A stretch of 62,424 bases of DNA, counting the filler, from Vermamoeba vermiformis (taxonomy: Eukaryota): NCBI GenBank assembly GCA_045837725.1. It is 6 parts of 6 records of this genome, joined end to end, with 100 filler letters (N's around TTAATTAATTAA, not from the genome) between each part and the next. Parts side by side here need not be neighbours in the genome. Positions count along the whole stretch, not along the records: positions 16,507 to 28,606 come from JBEWZL010000105.1; positions 28,707 to 52,371 come from JBEWZL010000107.1; 4 more parts are not named here. One strand, given 5' to 3'. Numbering within the stretch: the first letter of the stretch is position 1; each line of letters begins with the position of its first letter. Below the pieces are notes generated by a model. That model had not been told where the DNA came from. It did not search any database and saw only the letters and a program-made list of their open reading frames with translations. A program made the translations under genes and the position numbers. Of the stretch, positions 27,317 through 37,262 are shown piece by piece.

Positions 27317-28081
27317 ATGGAAGCCAATAATATTAATATCCGTGAAGAAATAGTATTTAATATTAACCTAGCTGAACAAGCAGATCTGCTCGATGATATG
27401 TGGCAAGGAATTAAAAAACTTGCTAAAATGGATGGAGAGTTTACAAGCGAAGAGCGTAGACTGTTTGCAATAGCAATGTCGATGCACTTTAGACGCTTTA
27501 GAGTTGCTTATAGAGAGACCAGTAGTCAAGAGATTAGGTTAGCCGCAAAAGCAAAGGATCGGCAGTGGGAATTGTGTCAGATCTATTTACAAAAATTGAT
27601 AGACGAGCACGAAAAAATTATATTAGAGGCTATTAATATTATAGACTACGATGTACTGCCAAAGACACGAACTATTGCTGAAATAGTGTCGTTCTATAGA
27701 TTAAAAGGCCAGTATTGGAAAGAGATTCAGGATTTGAAGCGAGACGAAGACCGAATTAACGCAATTAATCAAGCTAAAATTGCATATGAAGCAGGAATGG
27801 AATATACTACGCAATTAGACGACTTGGATCGCGTGAAACTTGGATTCGTTTTAGAATATTCAACTTTTATTTATGAACGGCTCAACGATCCTTTGCGAGC
27901 TGTAACAATAGCCAGCGAATTATTCCACGCAGCAGTAAATAGAATAGATTCATTAAATGAGGACGACTATCGCGACGTCACTTTATTTTTGGGCCTGATG
28001 CGAGACAGTGTTACTTTATGGACGAGCGATGAATTTGATCCGAAAACTGGACACAGACCACTACGTACATATGAAGAATAG
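27317..28081 (+). CDS. Divergent 14-3-3-like domain (intronless ORF)
   Basis: LAEQAD..DDM, EERRLF, LKGQYW, AKIAYEAG, LGFVLEYSTFIYE and DSLNEDDYRDVTLFLGLMRDSVTLWT align along the whole 14-3-3 fold. Confidence 0.88.
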   Translation: MEANNINIREEIVFNINLAEQADLLDDMWQGIKKLAKMDGEFTSEERRLFAIAMSMHFRRFRVAYRETSSQEIRLAAKAKDRQWELCQIYLQKLIDEHEKIILEAINIIDYDVLPKTRTIAEIVSFYRLKGQYWKEIQDLKRDEDRINAINQAKIAYEAGMEYTTQLDDLDRVKLGFVLEYSTFIYERLNDPLRAVTIASELFHAAVNRIDSLNEDDYRDVTLFLGLMRDSVTLWTSDEFDPKTGHRPLRTYEE

Positions 28082-28606
28082 GACTTATTTGAAACAGAGA
28101 GAATCACGATTTGGCGGACATCGAGTACATCTGGCACCACACTTTTTACGAAGTGTTGAAAGTAGCACCGTAAGCATATCCCGTATTAATTGCTCTATCC
28201 TCTCAAAACGAGAACAAAACGTTTTTAAAGACAACGGAGATCATGCTGGAAAATTTCTGCCTGCCATCGTTGCTCGTGGCGGATCCAGCTGTGCTTGCAC
28301 TTCATCACGCGGGAAAGAATACAGGAATAGTCATAGACTCGGGTACGATATATTATAATAACATTACTAGTATTTGATAGTATGTAACGTACGAGTAATA
28401 TTGTGAAGTAGTGGATCCGCTCGGGTTTTGAGCCACTTTTTGACCATTATATTTACAGGTGACGGTTCAACATCAATATCTATCGTCACTGAAGGCCGAC
28501 TAGTGCACCATGTATCGTCTTCATATGCTGTCGGAGGACGTGATGTAACTGAATATTTGCAGAAAATACTAGTGGAGAAAGGGTCAGTATTTTTTACACG
28601 ACAAAA
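28082..28606 (+). pseudogene. Disrupted actin-like coding sequence directly continuing the 14-3-3 ORF, truncated by gap
   Basis: DIEYIWHHTFYEVLKVAP*AYPVL...EIMLENF...AVLALHHAGKNTGIVIDSG|DGST...GGRDVTEYLQKILVEKG matches actin; in-frame TAA at 28171-28173, frameshift near 28114, intron 28343-28458. Confidence 0.85.
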
Positions 28607-28706
28607 NNNNNNNNNNNNNNNNNNNNNNNNNNNNNNNNNNNNNNNNNNNNTTAATTAATTAANNNNNNNNNNNNNNNNNNNNNNNNNNNNNNNNNNNNNN
28701 NNNNNN
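28607..28706. other. Artificial contig spacer
   Basis: N44-TTAATTAATTAA-N44. Confidence 0.99.
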
Positions 28707-30172
28707 TCCTTTTGCTTTGAATTGAAGGCGCTGCACACCAATCGCCTTGAGTTGCTTATTTAAATTCTCGATTTCCTTGTTTTGGTTTTTGGAGCGTGAA
28801 TAATGAGCGATGTTCTGCAAAAGCCTTTCAGTGATTCGTATCCGCATGTGAAGAGCACAAAAGATGAAGTTCTCTGGAGTACCACCAAGTAAAAATTCTC
28901 CCACAGCACGTCGCCGGTGATTAAGCTCATAGCGCTGACTGCAGCGCACGTGGCAGTAAGGACAAAACTCGGGATCGATCAAGGAGATGACGTTGTATTC
29001 TAGGTCCTCAGACATTGCCCACAATGCCGCCAGGTCAGCAACAACTTTAGTGGCGACTTTGAAGGAATGGCCACTGCAGTCAATTCCGTTTTGCCGAATA
29101 TGAGCGATTTGTTCGCTGATCGGTTTCAAGGTCTCCTATAATTTTAAAATAATTATTAGATAATTATTTGATAATTATTTGATTGTCTAATATTATTTTA
29201 TATAGTATTTACCTTCAAAAAATCGAAGTTTTCGTCTCCTGTGAAGATCGCGATCGGAAAGACTGAATACTCGTTCTGCACAACATATGACAAGTTGGTA
29301 GGTATTAATCCAACCAATATTTCTTTTTTCGAGTGCATTATGCGACCGTCGAGACTAACTTTAAACTCCAGGGTGTCTGGCAAAGGTGTATCTGGTGCAA
29401 ACTGTTGCACGATCTCGATTATAAGCTTGATAATTCGGGCGACACTGACATGGTAACCAATACATTCGTTATTTTTGTTTTTGACTTCATTAATGTCCAT
29501 TAGTTGCGTGACACTGCTGTTCCACATCTGTCGCTGCGCCTTAATCACATCCAAAGTCGGGAAAAGCTTTGCTAATCCGCAATCCACAACAAAGCTTTTG
29601 AATATGGAATCGCTCATTAGGCCTTCATCTTTGGCAAGCAAGGCCCTGTCTGGTTGCACTCGTAAGTCGTCAACAACCTGCTTCTTCAGCTGATTTAATT
29701 TTTTCTCTGTATAAGAACCATCACCAATGCCATCCACAAGAGCATCGATTTTTTTAGGATCGATTCTATACACTTCTGTTAATGCCTCCATCAAGGAACA
29801 GAAGTACCGCTCCTGCAGATTCAGATCAATTTCGGCGAATATCTTCTCCAACCTTGAACGGACAGCCTTCAGCGTTTTCAATTCGTCAAATGTCTTCAAA
29901 GCTACTTTGTGGTGTCCACCAGTTGGTTTAACTGTCAGCTGGGTCAAATCTTGCATGTGTTGATCCGAATCCACCTCTACTGGTAACTTATCAATATTTC
30001 TTATAACAAAATCGACAATGTATTTGATTTTCTGATTATTTTTTGCATTTTCAGGGCCATTCAAAGCCCTGAATACACTGTCGATCTGCTGCCACGCAGC
30101 TCCATCTAGTTCAGCGGTTTTAATGCCTTTGTTCTTTCGGCGGTTTTGGTTATTTATTATCTTGTTGTTCAT
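28707..30172 (-). CDS. RAG1/Transib-like DDE transposase, copy A (exons 30172-29213 and 29135-28707; C-terminus lost in gap)
   Basis: EFKVSLDGR (first Asp), VFPIAIFTGDE, VVADL (second Asp), FCPYC and IFCALHMRIRITERLL; clearly homologous to the protein at 52630-54647. Confidence 0.8.
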
Positions 30173-30627
30173 TGCTTCGAAACGAATGACTACAGGCCAA
30201 GAAGGCAGCGAATAAAATATTAATTCCTAGCATTTATTGCGCGCACGTGGGCGATGTCTTTTTTAGGCCTAGCTGCACGTGGTTTTACTTTATTTAGCGG
30301 CGAATCACGTATCACAGGCACCAGGTGCCAAAAATCCAGAAAACTCAGTTTTCACCTGCCTTGCAGAGCAAAGGAGGTTCACTTTGAATCGCGCAATTAA
30401 TCTCAGCGTGAGTTTAAATTGAATTTAGTTTCGCCAATTCCCCATGCGGAGTTTACGCTTGATTTTCATTAAAATGAATATTTGATAACAGCTGGATGAA
30501 CTACAACCATGTCTTCTACAATCACTGTAGAAATGATTGCGATGCTTACGAGCTCGGGTTTGGCCAAATTCCCTTGGCTTTCCAAAAGTTCTCGGATGGG
30601 GCGAAAACCCACCTAAAATGCCACATA

Positions 30628-30634
30628 CACTGTG
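30628..30634 (-). repeat. Perfect RSS-type heptamer CACAGTG, candidate 5' terminus of the RAG1-like element
   Basis: + strand CACTGTG at 30628-30634, pointing toward the transposase start 462 bp away; partner end not visible. Confidence 0.45.
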
Positions 30635-30985
30635 GTGATGCACTTACTGAAGGCTGCACGAATTTAAGTTTTCTGGTCTGCTTAGACTTATGGATTCGCA
30701 AGGATCTGAAACGCACAAAGCTTGGAAAATCTTTTGCATTTATTCTAGAATCTCACCAATTTTCTGGCTGCGATTCGCAAGTCGAGCATTTATCTTGATG
30801 TAAAGGCACCCAAACATTTGCTGTCATATTTGGATCCGGAGGTTGCAATTGCACGGCTACAACACAAACTACAATAATCCGATTTCAATTCAGTGCAAAC
30901 GAAAGACTAGGAAATTCATTTTTTACGGCATAATACGGCCGTATTATTTATTTATGCGTCGAAGCTTTAACAGATCGCAAGCTTC

Positions 30986-31890
30986 TTAATCATCTTGCAA
31001 AGGGTAGTCCAACGATTCGACGACGTTGATAGTAGCAGTAGCAAGGTTAGAAGTCAAAGTAGAGAAGGGGATGACAGGGTCGCTGGGGTAAGCGTAAGAG
31101 TTAGAAACGATCTTGAAGGCCAAGAAGGGGATCTCCAAAACTTGAGAGAGGTAAGCCTCAGCAGCGGCTTCCATTTCAATAATATCGACGCCGGTGTCGA
31201 CCAAGAAGGGAGTATCGGCGGGAGAAGGATTGTAAGAAGAGGAAGTAGCAATCTTTACAATAAAATGACGGTCAGATCAGAATCAATAATTAATTTTCAA
31301 AGAGTTGCTGAAATTCGACTTACTCTAGCGAGCTTAACGTTGTTGGCATCAAGAATGCTTTGGTCAACTTGAGCGCATTGGTATTCACCGATGCCAAAGG
31401 CACCATAGCCCGGCAAACCAAAGTCAGTTCGGCGATCGAAGTAAGGAGTAGTTTCGTTGTTGGCGCAGACACCAATCTCACCAGTGTGGAATGCAGTGCT
31501 GTAACCACCGGCAATACCGGCAGAAACGATCAGATCAGCCTTGAATCCGTTGAGCAAGACCAAAGTTGAGAGCATGGCGTTTTCAGGACCAATGTTTTGA
31601 ACGCGAGCGGGAGCAGAAAATCTGTCCAAACCAGCGTAGACGGCCTTGTAGTGGATGTTGTTATGAACACCTTCGTAGACACGAGTAGGCAAGAGAGGGT
31701 TGCCGAGGATGCCGCGGGTGTTGTTAACAGCGGTCAAGTTGAGCTGGGCAATGAAGGGAGCGGCTTCGAAGTTGAGAGCGAAGAGCAAACCAACACGAGG
31801 AGGTCTTCGGTACGTTCCTCTATCAGCATTGGAGCCAATGAACACGGCGCAGAGCACTGCAACGAAGAGTATAGTCTTCAAGAGCTTCAT
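30986..31890 (-). CDS. Secreted MTA/SAH nucleosidase-fold (PNP_UDP_1) protein, 2 exons (31890-31324, 31252-30986)
   Basis: Signal peptide MKLLKTILFVAVLCAVFIGSNA; ALNFEA, IGPENA, LIVSAGIAGG, IIEMEAAA and PFLAFKIVSN motifs. Confidence 0.85.
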
Positions 31891-33832
31891 GGTAATAATA
31901 CAAAGGGTAAGTCTAACTATCTAAACTAGGGATTTGTGGTAATATACAGGGGATTTTGGGATTGAAAGAAAATAATGGCGACGAAACGTTTTTATACCTG
32001 CACTTTTTTCGTATTTTTTCTTCGTACGTTCTCCGACACGGAGCTCATCATTCCGAGAGCATAAAATTTATTCGCGATAAAAATTAATGTTGCTTAATTA
32101 AACATTGCTTGGCGTCGGAATATCCCCGAAGAAAAAATGGTTCACAAAATCTATTAAAAGAATTTATCGCGATTGAAATTGAGCTTAGCTTTGCTAATTG
32201 TATTGTCATATTTGATGATAATCTTGATAATTGCAAAACATTTTGCTTCATAAATCAGAAAATCAAAACTGCCAGCGGAAAATTATATCGCAATTTTAAT
32301 CGAAAGGAACCTGCAAGTCCCATTGATTAATATGCAGACTAGCATTATCATGTATATTTGATATGTAGCATTGAAGTATGCCCTACCAATGCTCCAAGAC
32401 GAATCAGTTTTGCCGTTCACGCAAATTGCGCTGATTCGCTAAATTGCTTTATGTCTTTAACCGTCGGTCGTAGTCCGATTGAGCAATTCGGAATTCTCTT
32501 AACGATAGTACGCACTCATTCAACTCGAGTTGATATATGACAGTGCCCACGACATCAGTAAGGAGAAATTATGAGGCAAATTTGACGGATGTAACTCCGA
32601 CACAGTGGTGAGCGCATCTGCGAATTGTGTAAACGGTAAATTGTGAAATTTATAAGATCCATTTTGCACCTCACGATAGCTCGTGGTTTGATTAGATTAA
32701 CTTCCTATAGGAAGATTCAAAGTGTAAGAAAGTCAAGGAGGTACCTTTTTGGCTGGATCGCGCAGGGAAGTGCATCCGGCACTCGACCGCTGTTCTCTTC
32801 ATCTCTAGTTCATGATTATGGTCTTAGTGTGCTGTAATTACTGTTAGTCAACGAATATGGCCCTTTACAACCCCGTACATACTTGCTCCGAGGCTGATCT
32901 TGCTCGTGTAGTCGCTGCGTAATCACCAGCCAATCAGTGCTCATGTCCTCAATGCCATTATATGGGTGTTCGAGCCCATTGCTGTCGCGCGTGCACGTTA
33001 ACAGTGCATCTTGCAGTTTCACTCTTCGTAAGGAGACATCCGGCCTCATCATTAGACCAGCTGCGCTTATCGATCCAAGCGGAATATTTGAAGAAGTAGC
33101 GTGGTGAAGGAACGGTGAAGAGCTGAAGGCCCACTAGCCATCGCTAATTGATAGCATGCACTACTTGCTCGCGGTTGCGAGCAGCTGTACCATACTTCAA
33201 CGGGACAACCCACTGGCACCAAGATTTTGCCGGTGTGACGGTGATCCATTTCTTGTGACAACAAACGTGCAGTAAACCACTGTTTTTGTTATTTAGAGGT
33301 AGGAGACTGTAGACGTGTCTGTCTTGGCCGATGCGCGCCATTTTAGGTTGGTAGTCGCGAATCTAATAACATTTTATTAATATAAACAGTTTTTTCGTTA
33401 GGATCAATATTGAAAAACGGTGAGTAATGCCGAGAAAATCCAGATTTGTTTTTTATTGCAATAAGGAAAAATTTAAAATTGAGCGAAAATTAATGACGCA
33501 ATTTATTCTACGAGGTAATATAAATTGGAGTTATAATTGAATACGCATCATTAACATAAAAAAAATAATGCTTGTATTCAACGGCTACTTATGTCCCACC
33601 TGCGTTTGGTGGCCAAAAATAATTAAGCCCTTACAATTATTCTATGTGCCATGATGTGTGCGGTGTCGCTTGATTGTTTAGAAAAGATAGTGGTTTGTTG
33701 ACCAGTATTTTTGTCGGTTCTAAAAATAGTTCGAGATTCTCATTCAACCACCGTTGAAATTACAGCACCGCTATGCAATTAAATAGGACCACAGCGTAGA
33801 TAGTACGATGTTGAAGTTATAAAGTGCAACAA

Positions 33833-36800
33833 ATGATGAAAATAGCATTGTTGGTAACGACTTTATCCATAATTACTACAGCTTTGGCCGGTAAGTGTCG
33901 TACTTTTAATTAACGTATTTATTGAAGTGGAATACTGTACATAAAATTACGAACTATCATCGTAATTCCAACCAAATTTAATTTTTTTTTTTCCTTTATT
34001 TGTATAAATTAACACTAAATTCCAATTTAGCGGCTAATACTATATGGACTTACACATCGGGTACAAAATTGCTTGACGCGGACTCAACGTATTTCCAAAA
34101 GGTTGAAACACGCGTGATCCTCGATCAACTTGCAACACCTACTACGTACCTTTTGTGCATTGCAACCCTATCTAAAGAGAATGTAGTACATATTGAACAA
34201 AGAAGATTCGTTGTCGGTCAAACAGGAGCAGAAGGACCAGAACTCGTTCCGTTGGATCCGCCGTTCAATATCTCAGCTAGTTATAAAGATGTAGATATTG
34301 TAGACGGAGCTGATGAATGTCTGTTTGCGGTACTATCGCAAGATCAGGTATGTTCACTTTGAAATACTTTTCAGTACAGATAGATCAGGTTGGCGTTACA
34401 CGGAGCCCTTATTAATCGTATTGTTTAATAGACGCTTGTTATTGGCTCTCAAGCCCCACAAGTCAACGTCTTTGATCGAATCGAAGTTGTATCGAGGAAC
34501 GGCACTTTTTACGTCATCTCGGCATTGGAAGTAAGTCTCGACTGAAGTCCTTACTAGAACTTACTCCGTTAACATCATTTGATTATAGAATCTATTGGAT
34601 ATTCCGCGAGAATTTTTTGGCGATATTGTATTGCCTAATTCATATTCCTTCGAGACAACGGTGAAAAGTAAGTCGGCCGATCTGAACCTGAATTTATTTG
34701 CTACACTATATATGTATATTAATAGTTGATTTCTTAGAGAGTGGTAATTTTTTCATCGCTTCGTCATGGAGTCCAACAGATCAAGCACCAATCACGTTGC
34801 TCGGCACCGATCAAACAGACGCTGATTATCTTCTCTCATTTGCTAACACTATTTATCCGACCATGGCAGTATATAATGAATCATTTTTGCTCTTGTGTGC
34901 TGAACACCCCACTGACGGCGTACGTGCCTGACCTTGCGTTGCAATAATTCTACGCGATCATGTTAGAGGTATCTGACTGCCTTTTTTGATCAGATTCCCT
35001 GTGCGCTGCACCCTGGTGACAATAGTGGTCAATTAATTATTTCTAATAACGCTACTAGCACTTACTTCAAGCCAAGAGTATCGAAAGTAAATGACGTGTC
35101 AGATCTGATGTTTTTGACTGCGATGGTCAATGACACGACACAAGTCAGTCCAGCCATCGAAATCGACATTTTAGATCCGGACAGACAAGTCATATTCCAA
35201 ACGCGAGTCACACGCGACTCTCCGTACCTCATGGATGCAGTGTCCATCGACAACTACTTGTTCTTGACTTACACAGATTCAACTGGACTGAAGATGGATG
35301 TCATGTATTGGGGTGTAAGTACAGAGCGCTTAGTACGTCCTGTCCAGCATGTCGCTAATGCAAGTTGTTTCTAGGAATCAGTACCACCGTTTCCACCCCC
35401 ACTAGCACCGCCAGTGGCGGCACCCGTTACAGTTATTACGCCCGAACAAGCACCAAAAAGCGAAAATATTGATAGTACGCCACAAGGAGGACTATCAGGT
35501 TCATCTATTGGTGCAATTGTCGGATCAATCGTCGGAGCAGCACTTGCAGCAGGAGCAATCGTGCTTGCAGTGCTGTTGACTCGTCGCAATCGCCAGAGAA
35601 AAGCAGCGAAACAGAATGAAGAAGCCATGTCACCAAAAGAAGACTCGAGTAGCTATGACAGCGAATCTTCGTCATCAAGTGTCACGCAATATGAAACTGT
35701 TAATGTGCCAGATACTCAGTCGACGCAATTGGTCAAGCAAGATACTTCAGGCTACCAAGAGTTCTCGAATACTACCACAGGCCATTACTCTGAGACCCCT
35801 GCAACACAACACCAAACAAATGTCACGGAAGAGGCAATGTTGCCACCGGCAGAGATCGAAAAGCGAATGAAAATTCCGTACAAGAGTCTCGTGTTCAATT
35901 TTGAACTCGGCTCAGGAAACTTTGGCAAAGTATTCAAAGGGTACGTAGTTAAGTTATTATACCAATAGCAATTGACGCTAAGTTGACTCTGCGTACAGTG
36001 AATGGAACGGAGCGGAGGTAGCTATTAAAGTCAGCAATGAGCTGGCAGACACCGACGAGTTCCTTGCTGAGGCGAAGCTCACGCTGTAAGTAGAACACAA
36101 TGTACGCCAAGAAACTCGTCTAACAATATCCTTTGCAGTGGTATCAACCATCCAAACGTTGTACAAACGTTCGGTGTCAGCCTTGATGGACCCAATCCGT
36201 GCATTGTCCTCGGATTCTGCGGTGGTGGCAGTCTCGATCGATTGCTCAAAGACAAAAGCACTCCACTCGACAACACTCAAAAGCGAGACTATGCACTGAA
36301 GATTGCATATGGACTGCTGCATCTTCATCAAAACAACATTGTGCATCGTGACTTGGCAGCACGCAACATTTTGTTGGCGAATGATGGCACTCCCAAGATC
36401 TCTGACTTTGGCATGTCGCGTGTCATCACCAGCGCGTCGTCGGTCGGAAAAACAAAACAGACTATTGGTCCTTTGCGGTGGATGGTACGTACTGCTTGGC
36501 AGTTCTCACGTTCCCCAATAATCATGTGTAAAGTTCGCTCGTACCTTTTCTCATTACTAATAGGCGCCTGAGAACATCGAAAGCCAAACGTACAGTCCCA
36601 AGTCAGACGTGTGGAGCTACGGAATATTAGGTACGATAGCGATGCTCACGCACTAAACGAAAGACTAACAATGATGGTCAGTGTGGGAGATTGTTGCTCG
36701 TCGAGAACCACATCTCGATGCAGATCAACTGCTCGTTGGTGCACGTATTCGTGATGAAGGATATCATCCATCAATTCCCAATGAGTGCGAGCCAGTGCTG

Positions 36801-36944
36801 AAACGAGTGATGGAGCTGTGTTGGCAGAAAAACCCGAAGGATAGACCTGTAAGCTATCATAATTGTATGATTACAATGCCTAATTCGATTGCCTAGACTA
36901 TGGAGGATATTGTTGGCGTGCTTCGATCTAATCCGAAGGTGTAA
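33833..36944 (+). CDS. Receptor tyrosine-kinase-type gene RK1 (signal peptide, novel ectodomain, Pro/Thr stalk, TM, kinase)
   Basis: LGSGNFGKV, VAIK, HRDLAARN, DFG, GPLRWMAPE and SDVWSYG; TM segment IGAIVGSIVGAALAAGAIVLAVLL followed by basic residues. Confidence 0.9.
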
Positions 36945-37262
36945 ACTTTTTCTTGTGGCTTGGCGTTGCTTTTATTTGAAGCTGCCAAATAGAGAAAGTG
37001 CTGCACCCATATGAGGAAGATCGGTCTTCTTTAACGAATGCGTTAGGAGTTTGACTCGATCCGATCGAAAAGGTAGTTTATCGAATTTTCTTCTTTTAAA
37101 CGCCAACAATTGGAATAAATTGAGTTAGCGAAGCCTTGACAACAAGGCCACGCACTTTCATCCGAACTTGAATTGTTGCTGTTTCAACGGTTACAAAAAT
37201 AGACAAATTTAAATTTTTAATCTTTAACAATTTCGTGTCCCACAATGGCGTGATAAATTATC

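Noticed and set aside
28079-28173. Alternative genetic code suggested by in-frame TAG/TAA (and TGA at 54878)
   Set aside because: Other genes have long stop-free exons and end in TAA, TAG or TGA; the accompanying frameshift points to pseudogenisation or sequence error.
28607-28706. Linkage of the actin-like fragment to RAG1-like copy A, and ORFs spanning Ns
   Set aside because: They are on different contigs joined artificially.
30313-30337. RSS-like CACAGGC...CCAAAAATC
   Set aside because: Spacer is 8 nt, both parts are imperfect, and it points away from the transposase.
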